NCBI GenBank assembly: GCA_950097015.1
Contig: CATNEN010000038.1
Span: 33,232,001 to 33,296,000 of the forward strand
Length of the DNA stretch: 64,000 nt
Source of the DNA: Macrostomum hystrix
Taxonomy: Eukaryota; Animalia; Platyhelminthes
Reading direction: 5' to 3'
Shown here piece by piece: positions 48,901-61,794 of this stretch (within the stretch, counting starts at the first letter, position 1; the number at the start of each line of letters is the position of its first letter). The notes under the pieces are model-generated. The model ran no database searches, was not told the origin of the DNA, and saw only the letters and a list, made by a program, of their open reading frames with translations. Made by a program: the position numbers and the translations under genes.

Positions 48901-51900
48901 AGTGTGGGAAGTGTGGGCAGTGTGGGAAGCGTGGGCAGTGTGGGAAGTGTGGGCAGTGTGTGGGAAGTGTGGGCAGTGTGGGAAGTGTGGGCAGTGTGTG
49001 GGAAGTGTGGGCAGTGTGGGAAGTGTGGGCAGTGTGTGGGAAGTGTGGGCAGTGTGTGGGAAGTGTGGGCAGTGTGGGAAGTGTGGGCAGTGTGGCAAGT
49101 GTGGGCAGTGTGGGAAGTGTGGGAAGTGTGGGCAGTGTGGGAAGTGTGGGCAGTGTGGGAAGTGTGGGCAGTGTGGGAAGTGTGGGAAGTGTGGGAAGTG
49201 TGGGCAGTGTGGGAAGTGTGGGCAGTGTGGGAAGTGTGGGAAGTGTGGGCAGTGTGAGCAGTGTGTTGTAATGGATGTAAGCAGAATGTTAGAAGTGTTG
49301 TAAAGAGAACATACATGAGCATATATGATTTTATTTTATTTTGATTTCCTTATTTAAACCAATTTAATTCTTACCCAATAATAGGGCAGCATTGGTCCAA
49401 GGCCTAGCAACAGGAAGGCGTACAGGGCTGTGCAGCCTAGCGATCTGAGCACAGCTTTACTCAGATAGGCACTGTGGCTAATTATCTCGCCATCCATTTG
49501 ACAGTGAGCGACGTAGTCGGCGTAGAATGCGTGCGGCCCAGCCATTAGGGTTGGCAGAAAGTAGGAGTAAGCCAGGTAATCACACACGCTGGGCAGTTGG
49601 TCAACTCGGTGAGCCAGGCGGGACTCGCTGCCTCGCAGCCGGTTCCGTCTAGCCAGATGGCCGTCGTACAGGGCCAGCGCCAAGCTAGTCAGCTTCTGTG
49701 TTTGAATCATGAGCGGCCCAGTGATGTCCATTGTGTAGCCACCGTAGTCGTTGTACAAACGATATACATGATTGGCGCTTAGATAGGCCAGAGACCAGGC
49801 TAGGACTAGCCAGGCTGATAAGCCGCTGTCTTCTAGGGGCAGCCAAAGCATCAGGCAGTAGGCCACGGACGACTGTCGGATGATGGGTGAGCACGAGCAA
49901 TGAGCGATTCTATGAGCAATGTCTGTAGGATAAAATTAGCAATGTCTGTAGGATAAAATTAGCAATGTCTGTAGGATAAAATTAGCAATGTCTGTAGGAT
50001 TAAACGAGCAATTTCTGTAGGATTAAATGAGCAATGTCTGTAGGATTAAATGAGCAATGTCTGTAGGATTAAATGAGCAATGTCTGTAGGATTTAATTAG
50101 CAATGTCTGTAGGATTTAATTAGCAATGTCTGTAGGATTAAATGAGCAATGTCTGTAGGATTAAATGAGCAATGTCTGCAGGATTAAATGAGCAATTTCT
50201 GTAGGATTTAATTAGCAATGTCTGTAGGATTAAATGAGCAATGACTGTAGGATTAAATGAGCAATGTCTGCAGGATTAAATAAGCAATGTCTGTAGGATT
50301 AAATGAGCAATGTCTGTAGGATTAAATGAGCAATGTCTGCAGAATTTAATTAGCAATGTCTGTAGGATTAAATGAGCAATGTCTGCAGAATTTAATTAGC
50401 AATGTCTGTAGGATTAAATGAGCAATGTCTGCAGAATTTAATTAGCAATGTCTGTAGGATTAAATGAGCAATGTCTGTAGGATTAAATGAGCAATGTCTG
50501 TAGGATTAAATGAGCAATGTCTGCAGAAATTAATTAGCAATGTTTGTAGGATTAAATAAGCAATGTCTGTAGGATTAAAGGAACAATGTCTGTAGGATTA
50601 AATGAGCAATGTCTGCAGAATTTAATTAACAATGTTTGTAGGATTAAATAAGCAATGTCTGCAGGATTAAATGAGCAATGTCTGTAGGATTAAATGAGCA
50701 ATGTCTGTAGGATTAAATGAGCAATGTCTGCAGGATTAAATGAGCATGTCTGCAGGATTAAATTAGCAATGTCTGTAGGATTAAATGAGCAATGTCTGTA
50801 GGATTAAATGAGCAATGTCTGCAGGATTAAATGAGCAATGTCTGCAGGATTAAATTAGCAATGTCTGTAGGATTAAATGAGCAATGTCTGTAGGATTAAA
50901 TGAGCAATGTCTGTAGGATTAAATGAGCAATGTCTGCAGGATTAAATGAGCAATGTCTGTAGGATTAAATGAGCAATGTCTGTAGGATTAAATGAGCAAT
51001 GTCTGCAGGAATAAATGAGCAATTTCTGAAGGATTAAATGAGCAATGTCTGTAGGATTTAATTAGCAATGTCTGTAGGAATAAATGAGCAATTTCTGCAG
51101 GATTAAATGAGCAATTTCTGCAGAGTTAAATGAGCAATGTCTGTAGGATTAAATGAGCAATGTCTGTAGGATTAAATGAGCAATGTCTGTAGGATTAAAT
51201 TAGCAATGTCTGTAGGATTAAATGAGCAATGTCTGCAGGATTAAATGAGCAATGTCTGCAGGATTAAATTAGCAATGTCTGTAGGATTAAATGAGCAATG
51301 TCTGCAGGATTAAATGAGCAATGTCTGTAGGATTAAATGAGCAATGTCTGTAGGATTAAATGAGCAATGTCTGCAGGAATAAATGAGCAATTTCTGAAGG
51401 ATTAAATGAGCAATGTCTGTAGGATTTAATTAGCAATGTCTGTAGGAATAAATGAGCAATTTCTGCAGGACTAAATGAGCAATTTCTGCAGGATTAAATG
51501 AGCAATGTCTGTAGGATTTAATTAGCATTTTCTGTAGGATTAAATGAGCAATGTCTGCAGAATTTAATTAGCAATGCAGAATTTAATTAGCAATGTCTGT
51601 AGGATTAAATTAGCAATGTCTGCAGAGTTAAATGAGCAATGTCTGCAGAGTTAAATGAGCAATGTCTGTAGGATTAAATGAGCAATGTCTGTAGGATTAA
51701 ATGAGCAATGTCTGCAGAGTTAAATGAGCAATGTCTGCAGAGTTAAATGAGCAATGTCTGTAGGATTAAATGAGCAATGTCTGCAGGATTAAATGAGCAA
51801 TGTCTGTAGGATTAAATGAGCAATGTCTGCAGAGTTAAATGAGCAATGTCTGCAGAGTTAAATGAGCAATGTCTGCAGAGTTAAATGAGCAATGTCTGCA

Positions 51901-52299
51901 GAGTTAAATGAGCAATGTCTGCAGAGTTAAATGAGCAATGTCTGCAGAGTTAAATGAGCAATGTCTGTAGGATTAAATGAGCAATGTCTGCAGAGTTAAA
52001 TGAGCAATGTCTGCAGAGTTAAATGAGCAATGTCTGATAGCCTAGCAGCTTACCTGCACCAGCATGTGGGCGGACTGCAGGCCGAAGCAGAACCAGAGCA
52101 GGCCAAGGCCAGCGCAGATGTGCACCCAGCGTTGCACGGCGTGTCCGCAGCCAAGCCGTCTGAGTCCGATGCCAATCAGCATTGCCATCAGCTGGGCCGC
52201 TATGAAGTTCATTTTGTCCAGGCTGAGGCCGGCGGCCGCTGATAGGCCGGCCAGAAGACGGCTACCTTCGAAGCTTTGCGCGTTTGAGGCTAACGGCAT
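45934..52299 (-). CDS. Lysophospholipid acyltransferase, MBOAT1/2 (oysgedart-like); exons 52299-52054, 49872-49375, 48708-48443, 46450-45934
   Basis: Spliced frame with GT-AG junctions gives DYGGYTMDITGPLMIQTQKLTSLA, LMAGP..FY.DY, RCKYYFAWSLAEA, WNVPTARWLRELVYER and LSALWHGFYPGYY (catalytic His). Confidence 0.93.
46636..48356. repeat. Intronic minisatellite, 23-bp unit ATCTGAGGGATTTCAAGAGTGT(C/T), ~75 copies
   Basis: Fills most of MBOAT intron 3. Confidence 0.97.
48717..49263. repeat. Intronic minisatellite, 18-bp unit (9+9) GTGTGGGAA-GTGTGGGCA
   Basis: Fills most of MBOAT intron 2 and ends ~8 nt from the acceptor. Confidence 0.97.
49913..52036. repeat. Intronic minisatellite, 23-bp unit GAGCAATGTCTG(T/C)AGGATTAAAT, ~90 copies
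   Basis: Fills almost all of MBOAT intron 1. Confidence 0.97.
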
Positions 52300-52711
52300 G
52301 GCTGGAAGAGAGGGGACAATTGGCTAGATTGGCCTGAGGACCTGACGTTGGAGTGGCTATTTCAAATTTTATAATTCCATTCAAGAAAAAAAATCTTTAA
52401 TTCATAAAACTATAAAAATCATTCTATTCTAAACATGAAAATATATAGTAGTAAAAATGTGTGGTGTCATGAAAATAATTTGGTATATACAAAAAATGTT
52501 ATTGCTTCAACGCCCCTGAGAAACAGTCTACATAACACTACATATATAAGTAGGCTGTGAGGAATATTGCAATATTTCAGACGAGTAACAAAGAGCGGTA
52601 AACCGAACCATAGCAGAGTTTTTTATTTTAATTTGTCACTTCTTTTTAAGCAGAGATTGAGCCGGGTTAAATGCACTAATTAAATGATATAAGTAGCTAA
52701 CAAATGTGATT

Positions 52712-53068
52712 CGGGGCAGGGAGAATTGGAACAGGTTAAGCCAAGTGTACATTGTGACATGGAGGATTGGGGTTGGAAACACAAGTGAACATTGGGCCAG
52801 GGAGGATTGGGGTGGTTAAGCCGAGTGTACATTCTTGCCCGGTGAGCTACTTGTACATTTGGGCAGGGAGGATTGGGGTTTGAAAGACAAGTGCACATTG
52901 GGGCAGGAAGGATTGGGGTTGGAAAGACAAGTGCACATTGGGGCAGGGAGGATTGGGGTGGTTAAGCCGAGTGTACATTCTTGCCCGGTGAGCTACGTGT
53001 ACATTGGGGCAGGGAGGATTGGGGTTGGAAAGACAAGTGTACATTGGGGCAGGGAGGATAGGGGTTGG
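52712..53068. repeat. G-rich ~40-bp degenerate tandem repeat between the divergent genes
   Basis: ACATTGGGGCAGGGAGGATTGGGGT recurs about 7 times. Confidence 0.85.
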
Positions 53069-53760
53069 TTTTTTTTAGCACAATATTTTCCTGTGAACAT
53101 TGCTCGAAACATTCGACCCTAAAAGAAACATAGCCAATCTAGAATCACAATTTTTTTATCTCTAGAACACTTCTTTGATAGACAATATATATGTACAGTG
53201 TTGCTAAACATTTGACATTTTGTGATATCCAGATTTGGTCTTTCCAGATTTCAAAACTAGATAAAGCGCAAAACACGTAATGTACATTAGCAACAACAGA
53301 ATACTGAAATCGGCCAGTCACATAAAGCAAGAAAAACAAGTTTCAAGCAGCATTCCCAGATATGCGCGCACACACTCACTAATCCCAGATGTTAATTTGT
53401 GTGAAAATCCCGATCAAAAAAGAGAATAATTGCGCCACGCGGAGTAGTTGAAGGGAGAAGGGACGGCTAGTCACATGAAAGTAGTTTTCATCCCTCCATA
53501 GACGAACCATGGACTCACACAAACCATCTGCCTTCTCCAATCCGCCAGGCAACCACTAAAAACGGGACTGAACAGACCGCATGGTGAACGGCGGCGGAAC
53601 TTAAATGATATTGTATTACCCGGCACGCTTGCACTGCTGTGCTCTACGCCTCTCTGTGGCTCCGTAATTCTCTCTTGCAATTATCTTTGAGCAGAGAAGC
53701 CGCTAATATACTGATAGCTATCCCCATATTTGAGTCGCTTTAAATATTAAAACAGCTTTC

Positions 53761-56700
53761 ATGCAGAAGACGATGAGCGCTTGGATAATAGGTGAGCTTA
53801 GAGTCTATCGAATTCTATTTTTTTATATCAGCTTTGTTAAATTGAAACTCTTTTCATTTAATTACATTAGTTTTAGAACACAGTATATACCTAAGCATAA
53901 GGTAGTGAGGTGCATGTCTTATGTTAGCGGTTAAAAACAAACGTAAAGCATGGGAGCTCGTACCAATATCAATTTAACATCTTTCCGTCCCAAATGTAGA
54001 TTAAGCGCACTTAAACTAATCAAAAGCCTAGCCTAAATTGATTAAACACCCTTCATCCGCTTATCTTGATTTTGGGTGAAGTAGCTTTATAATTAAATCG
54101 GATCAGAGCAAAAGTGTGTTCTACCTTCTGTGTTGTGAAGTGACAAGATTTGGCTGAAATGAAAGTCAAACTAAACTTGAAATACTTCAAATAGAGAGAA
54201 TTTCACTGCAAAAGTGAAAAAGGACTGGGAGATAACGACTGATTGACTGTCCTGAAGGATCAATGGGAGCACGACTGAAGCTCTGGCGGATCATAGGGTG
54301 AATGACTGAAGCTCTGGTGGATCATAGGGCGAATGACTGAAGCTCTGGCGGATCAATGGCAGCATGACTGAAGCTCTGGCGGATCAAGGGGAGAATGACT
54401 GAAGCTCTGGCGGATCATAGGGGAGAATGACTAAAGCTCTGGCGGATCATAGGGTGAATGACTGAAGCTCTGGTGGATCATAGGGCGAATGACTGAAGCT
54501 CTGGCGGATCAATGGCAGCATGACTGAAGCTCTGGCGGATCAAGGGGAGAATGACTGAAGCTCTGGTGGATCAAGGCGAGAATGACTAAAGCTCTGGCGG
54601 ATCAATGGCAGCATGACTGAAGCTCTGGCGGATCAAGGGGAGAATGACTGAAGCTCTGGCGGATCATAGGGTGAATGACTGAAGCTCTGGCGGATCATAG
54701 GGGAGAATGACTGAAGCTCTGGCGGATCATAGGGGAGAATGACTAAAGCTCTGGCGGATCATAGGGGAGAATGACTGAAGCTCTGGCGGATGATAGGGGA
54801 GAATGACTGAAGCTCTGGCGGATCATAGGGGAGAATGACTGAAGCTCTGGCGGATCATAGGGGAGAATGACTGAAGCTATGGCGGATCAAGGCGAGAATG
54901 ACTAAAGCTCTGGCGGATCATAGGGGAGAATGACTGAAGCTCTGGCGGATCAAGGCGAGAATGACTAAAGCTCTGGCGGATCAAGGGGAGAATGACTGAA
55001 GCTCTGGCGGATCATAGGGTGAATGACTGAAGCTCTGGCGGATCATAGGGGAGAATGACTGAAGCTCTGGCGGATCATAGGGGAGAATGACTGAAGCTCT
55101 GGCGGATCATAGGGGAGAATGACTGAAGCTCTGGCGGATCATAGGGGAGAATGACTGAAGCTCTGGCGGATCATAGGGGAGAATGACTGAAGCTCTGGCG
55201 GATCAAGGCGAGAATGACTGAAGCTCTGGCGGATCATAGGGGAGAATGACTGAAGCTCTGGCGGATCAAGGGGAGAATGATTAAAGCTCTGGCGGATCAT
55301 AGGGGTGAATGACTGAAGCTCTGGTGGATCAAGGGGAGCATGACTGAAGCTCTGAGGGATCATTGGGAGATTGGCTGAACCTTTGCTTAAGTAAGATGGC
55401 TGAATGGGTGAAGCAAAAACCACAAACTTGAAACCATCAAACTGCATGCATTCAAAACAAACACAAGTATGAATAAGGTAGAGTCTGGACACACTTACAC
55501 CGTGTAAGATGGGAAGGGGTTGAAGCTCTTGTCGACTAAAGTTAGATTCCTCTCTTGATCGGATTTCATGCATAATTAAGAGTAGAATGGCATGTGAAAG
55601 AAAGGAGACCAGTGCGGAGGAAAAGATAGGAGCCAGAGATTAGTGTGCGGAGAGGAGAATCTATACAGGTAATGCGCACGAGCAGAGCTAGAACATCCAA
55701 GTAATTTTTTCTTGCCGAAACTTAGATTTAAGGTATTGGATTTCAAACTGTGTCTTATGGTTGACTGGTACACGAGCGTGTAATAAATACGCGAGTTATC
55801 GATTAAAAATGATATACATTTATAGATAAAATCAGAGAGCCTTTAACTAAATACCTGAACAGAGCAACAAAATGTTAAAGCACTTATTACTGTTTCACAC
55901 CTTCTGAAACAATAATCGAATGGGCAAATTGCCAGAAGGTGTGACATTTGAAGATATTCTGACGATAGCTCCACTATTGCGGGTGGCAACAACCGTATCA
56001 AGGCTACTCCGTATCATGGTACTAAAACGCTATGAAACGCTCGCTGTTCCCAGCTTGTTACAGATAATCTATATAGTTAAGGATCGTGTGATTAATATCA
56101 GTCTAACACGCTTGTCAATTCTCTTACACTATTCTACCGCCAAAAATAGTGATTCAGTTTATTCCCGTTGAATTGTGTTCTAAATATCATACACTTTTGT
56201 CTCGTGGAACCTGGGACCTTGGGACCGCTGTCTTTTGGAAAGGGTAAACATCAGGTGCTGTAAAGCCATTCTACAAGTCAGCCAAAATACGGATGGCAAT
56301 GGGGCCCGCTCGGAGTTAGGCAGATTGCCTTTATTATACAACATCCAGAAAAGAATCATTTCGTACTGGGCCTCCATAACAAGCCGGCCGGACTCCATAA
56401 TTTTCAAGTATTTGGCGGACCAAACATACAGTGTGATGTAGGAATCAAAACAAAGACCAACAATGACGTTATGCTGAACTGCAGAGGCATTAGTCCCGCA
56501 AAAGCAATTAAAAACCACAGGAAAAAATTCGTTTCTCAGTTCGATACCCATTGAAGACAAAGGACACAGAGCTCAAGCAAACTCAAGTCACTTCTATTAC
56601 TCCTTCAAGCAATATTATTCAGCCGAACAAATATACAACCCGGAGTTGAGACGTACCATATCCTCGTTTAGACTAGGAAACCATAAGCTAGCTTGCGAAA

Positions 56701-59333
56701 AATTGCGAACTGCGAGACCGAAAATTCCGTATGTGAATAGATTATGTAGTAGGTGCAAAACAGAAGTTGAAAACGAGGTCCACTTCCTTTTTAAGTGCAG
56801 TTGGAATAGGTATAGCGCAGCACGTTCGAATTTTGAGAAGGAAATTTCTGGGAAAACTCCCAATTTCATATCCTTAACAGCAGAAGAGAAATCTAACTAC
56901 ATAATGGCTCAAGACGATAGAGAAACCACTGAAGCTTTAGCAAAATACATCATAGATCTCTAAAATAAGGGAACAGCTGCCCTGAGACTACGAGCTCGTA
57001 TTAACATTTACCCATATATATTTCATATTTTGTTTTATTCCTGGCGTCCCTTGTGTTGTTACTGCTCTTATTTTTAATACCTTTGCTTTTGCTTTTCCCT
57101 TCCCAGCTCGATAGTTGAATCCTACAAAACTTCGCTTTTTATGTTATGTTTTTCGTTGACCATTAAAATATTTGTCAAAAAAATATAGAAAAGAAGAAAA
57201 AATCAGCACCCATAGATGGCGTGCGTGTTTTAATAATAATATTAATAATAATAATAATAATAATACACGCTCGTATATAGATCTATCATCCTTCCGAAAA
57301 AAAACTGCCGTTGCTCTAAGCAACCTAATACACTTCCTTGAACATTTTAGTATCGAGCATGCGATAAAAAACTTGTCACAAAAAACTAGCCATCAGACAA
57401 CAACCCTTACGCCAGTCAGTTTTGCTGTCAAGCCGACATCAGTACCCCGGGGGGATAAGCCAGGCACGTCAAGTGTAGGCCCAAGCCATCAACCAGCAAG
57501 CAACACTCGATACCCTCACTACATGCTCAGCTGTGCGAATTAATGCTGAGACTAGAATGTCCAGGATGTCAGCCAAAATGGGAAATTTGATTACTGTGTT
57601 GGGATATGCGCGCTCTAAATTCCACTTACGCTTGCTTTATCTATAACACAAGTATGTATACCTCTCGGAAAATAAGAAAAATTGTTCCCCAAGCAGCTAA
57701 TGTACATACGGTAAATATATTAAATACATTTCCAACAATTACGCTGCAATCCTAAACTTGTACATTTTCTCTCAGTTCTACTGCTGAGCCAACACCGGGT
57801 TCACCAGGCGGCTGGGTCCGACCCCGATGGCGAGTCGTGCGAAAGTAAGTTAGACTTGGCTATTAATGTGCTGGAAAATTATCCAAAAAACCACGTTGTT
57901 CCTTCATTCCCTCATCAGTAAACAGAAAATCTAGCTAAATCCATTGTAAAAATCAGTAATAATGCATCAACACATCAGTGCAACACGTAACTGAACCACC
58001 CAAGTTTCGCCTGATCTATTACGACATCGACTTAGTCTACTCAAGATTTACCCGACGCTTAAGAGGGCAGAGCGCACCAAAGTACCTGAACTTGATTCCG
58101 CGGCGAGGCCACATTTTGGACTTTAAGAGAGCTTGTCCGTTTTCGTTTATGAGAGCCGACCCTTAAGGACACAGGGTGTACACTTTCTGAGTCAGGTCAG
58201 TCAAGGACAGCTGAATACCGTTTTTGTAGGTCTGAATAATCTGAATATTGTGTGCTCATGGCTCAGAATGAGAATTGGCATTGAGAAATGGAGAAAAACG
58301 AAAGTATGTAAACAAAAAATCATCAAAACATCCCTATGCAGAGAAGATCATCAGCTGTATTCAGTGCAGCACAGATTCTGGGGATGCCGGTTCCACACTA
58401 TGTAGCGATCCGTTCGATGCTCGAGTGCAAAAAGAGTTCAAACGCATGTACGACACTAGTCCGGTAACTAAGCAAACCGTTGCTAGGTACAACATCACCA
58501 CTGTACTGTGCGACGGGTTCTGCGTCAAGTGGGTCAAGACCACTGTACATGGTGAGCGATTGGGTATCTAGGTTCAATGAAACAATTACTGGGAATTTAT
58601 AACTGACTTTTTCCCGGGACTTTTATCCTGTATTCGCGGGAATAGTCGCGAATCTCTAGATGAAAATCGGACATGAATCAAAAACGTATACAACAGAACG
58701 ACAGTCGCTATTTTCCTAATACATTTCGACACTTCTAGACATTGCCATACCGGACTCCCGGGATTTTCAGGATTTTAAAAGTTTATATTTTCTGGAATTA
58801 AATTATTCTGTTCTGTATATTCTATAGCAGCTTGCACGACCATTCTGCAACTCAAGTTTAACTGTTCATTCTGTAAACTGGATTCTTCAGGTGTTACTCA
58901 CATCGCGAGAGTTTTTTTCCTACTGCGATATTTTATAGTTCATCTGGAATACTTCTCGAATCAATGTATCGTGAAATTAAAAAGATCAAGACTGATAACT
59001 TATTGAGTACCAGTGATTTATTCTTATTAACTATCCACAAATGCTTCATAAATTGGCCAAAGTTGCTCGAATTATTTTACTAAACTAAGTCTTCTGTCAC
59101 AATAAAACTCAATTTCTACAGGCGCCCCTCTAAGCGTACTGCGGACCTGTTCAACTAATCTGGATATGCGATTCGCGCAGACAGCGTCCGTGTGCATCTT
59201 TGAGTCGCGAACAGGCAAAGGCCAGATGTGCTTCTGTCGGGAAGCATTGTGTAATAGTGGAAGAGTCGATTGGCAGCCTACCATTGTAACTCTTGCAGCG
59301 GTCGCTGTTGCATCATTAGCTCCACAATTGTAA
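53761..59333 (+). CDS. Quiver/sleepless-like Ly6 three-finger GPI-anchored protein; exons 53761-53791, 57776-57844, 58342-58551, 59122-59333
   Basis: Signal-like MQKTMSAWIIVLLLS, then ISCIQC...CSDPF, CDGFCVKW, VLRTCS, MCFCREALCN and a hydrophobic C-terminal tail. All introns are phase-1 GT-AG; the first exon is less certain. Confidence 0.82.
54270..55355. repeat. Intronic minisatellite, 31-32-bp unit GACTGAAGCTCTGGCGGATCATAGGGGAGAAT, ~34 copies
   Basis: Directly visible array. Confidence 0.97.
56190..57170 (+). mobile_element. 5'-truncated non-LTR retrotransposon (ORF2 C-terminus plus 3' UTR)
   Basis: ARSELGRLPL and SSFRLGNHKLACEK...RLCSRC..EVENEVHFLFKC (CCHC-type terminus). Confidence 0.8.
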
Positions 59334-59501
59334 CTTTCGAGACTAATGCAATAAAAAGCAGCGACTTTTTGTGACATAGCATTTGGATATTCTTTTAATC
59401 TGTCAAATTTTACGATTTATGATCACGATTCTGAAACCTAACTCTTTTAGAGTTTTTTAGCCAAACCGATTCATAGAATTCCAAACCTCAAAATTCTGAG
59501 A

Positions 59502-59720
59502 GGGGTCAATGGCAGAGCTGTTATCGCGCTTGCGTCTCGCACCAAGGTCCCTAAGCTCGATTCCGCGGCGAGGCCACAATTATTTGGGGCGCAGCCGCGG
59601 AGAGAAGGCTTGGGTGCTTGTCGAGCAATTTGCGCCCTTGAGAAAGACAGGGCAGATGTACAAACCTGTGTGAGCGTGTGCCTGCACACAGTATCTGTGT
59701 GCGTGTGTGCTCAGGAGTCA
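59502..59720 (+). mobile_element. Probable tRNA-derived SINE (related fragment at ~58064-58120)
   Basis: A-box-like TGGCAGAGCTGTT and B-box-like GCTCGATTCC; GATTCCGCGGCGAGGCCACA occurs at both loci. Confidence 0.55.
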
Positions 59721-61066
59721 GCGAAATGGGCAGAATTGCCTCATCGCTGGCTGCGAGTCTACTGTCACCAAACGTGCCATTGCCTGCTGCTCTCCTTTAC
59801 TTATTAATCGGCTTATTAATAAATTATTATCTGCCGATGCTGAGATACCAGCAGAGGATAGCATTGCGTAGTTTGGCATTTCGAATTCTCGCCCTTCAGA
59901 AACTCGATGTTTTGTGTTATAGACTAAGTTGTGCTATAAACTAAAGTTTAAACAATCAGAATGTGAGAATCGCTGAATGATGCGAGAAGCTGACTTTGAT
60001 CAACAATGGAATATCTGTACAAAGTTCAATATCAGCTAATCGTTAATCCATGAGATTCTGCAGCAGCAAACATTTTTGGAGGATGCTGAAGAAAAAAGTC
60101 TATCTCAAAACAATTTGAATGCAGGTAATGTGTACAGACAATGATGGCAAATGTAAAGTTTAGGATTCGCTGAGCTCATGATAAAGGAGTTGGTTTGTAT
60201 AGCTACTAGCTTCAATTGTGTTTAAACATCTATTGCGTGTTGATGCGTATTACTTATTAACATTCTCGGTCACTCTAAAACATCATATTGATATCGAATC
60301 GAATTCTTAGAATCGGAAACCTTAAAAAATATTTTTGTTCCGTCATCGCCACTTGTTGCACTACTGCTAGTACTATAGGCAAAATGATTGACTATATAGT
60401 TTCATAAAAACGAGTAAAATTTAGAATAGAATAAGATAAGAGAAGGAAGTTCGCATCAAAAACCTAATTTATTGGACGAAGACAGAGTGAAAACATACAA
60501 AAATCCTGAAATTATTTCATTCGTCTTTAAGGATTCGGACTGTACTCGAATGTATGCATGTCATGGCATGGGCACGAAAAGCCGATAAGAGCTGCAATTT
60601 ATTATATAACTCAGAAAATGCGCATAAATTTTATAAAGTAAGGCTTATGGTGGCTTTTTTTAATATACTAAACTTCCACACATTACCGAGTATTAGTTCA
60701 ATTGCTATACCCTCAATTCTAGTATTTGAAGCATAAAACTTATTTTTTTAGAAAGCTGAAAGCGAAATTTTTAATCAACAAATAAATTTGCTGAAATTAG
60801 TGTCCTGAAACAATCAAAAAGAAGTGACTCAAAATCGTGAAAATAGTGAACTAAAATGGTGAGAAAAGTGAACAAAATATCAAAATGATAAAAAGGCTGA
60901 CCTAAAATAATCGAAAGGAATAAACTAAAATGTTAGAATGTAGAGACCAAAAATGATTGATAGAGTGACCTAAAATACTGGGAATGTGACCACCCAAAAT
61001 TATGGAAAGTTTGACCAGAAAGGATGGAACGAGTGACCTTGAATAAAAGGATGGGTGACCCTAAAT

Positions 61067-61794
61067 CAGGGGTCGGCAAACTTATTAGCGTACGGGCCAC
61101 GGAGAGAACCTAAAAGACGACAGCGGGCCGCATTAACTGTAGGAATATGAGAAAGGGGATAGATAAGACAGGGGAGAGATGAGACGGGAGAAATGAGACA
61201 GGGGAGAGATGAGACAGGGGAGAGATGAGACAGTAGAGAGATGAGACAGGGAGAGATGAGACAGGGAGAGATGAGACACAGGATAGATAAGACATGGGAT
61301 AAACTATAAACCAGATGAGAGAGAGATGAGACAGGAAAGATGAGACGGGAGACACGGGAGAGATGAGACAGGGGAGAGATGAGACAGGGAGGAGATGAGA
61401 CAGGGGAGAGATGAGACAGGGAGGAGATGAGACAGGGGAGAGATGAGACAGGGGAGAGATGAGACAGGGGAGAGATGAGACAGGGGAGGGATGAGACAGG
61501 GATGAGATGAGACAGGGGAGAGATGAGACAGGGATGAGATGAGACAGGGAAGAGATGAGACAGGGATGAGATGAGATAGGGGAGAGATGAGACATGGGAT
61601 AAACTATAAACCAGATGAGAGACAGGAAAGATGAGACAGGAGACACGGGAGAGATGAGAATCTCAATCTCCATATGAGAGAGATGAGACAGGGGAAAGAT
61701 AAGACAGGACTATAGGAGTTGGAGAGGCAACGGGCCGGATTTGGGAGCTTCGAGGGCCGCATATGGCCCGCGGGCCGGAGTTTGCTGACCCCTG
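61067..61794. mobile_element. hAT (Charlie-like) MITE containing a ~16-bp GAGATGAGACAGGGGA minisatellite
   Basis: 16-bp TIR CAGGGGTC(G/A)GCAAACT, GGCCCGCGGGCCG subterminal motif, and a perfect 8-bp TSD CCCTAAAT (61059-61066, 61795-61802). Confidence 0.93.

Noticed and set aside
40002-49322. Long repetitive ORFs (CLYPPQTV, EVGRGKQS, MRGCGDYSEAVMF, ESEDNGQV, CGKCGQ, HTAHTS repeats)
   Set aside because: They are translations of minisatellites with unit lengths divisible by 3, open in several frames and strands, and lie in introns or intergenic DNA. There is no evidence they are genes.
1128-55355. Tandem arrays as possible CRISPR arrays
   Set aside because: Units are head-to-tail with no unique spacers, there are no cas genes, and the context is eukaryotic.
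59502-59580. Functional tRNA gene
   Set aside because: The boxes are degenerate, no clean cloverleaf forms, and a related fragment occurs at 58 kb; a SINE is the better explanation.
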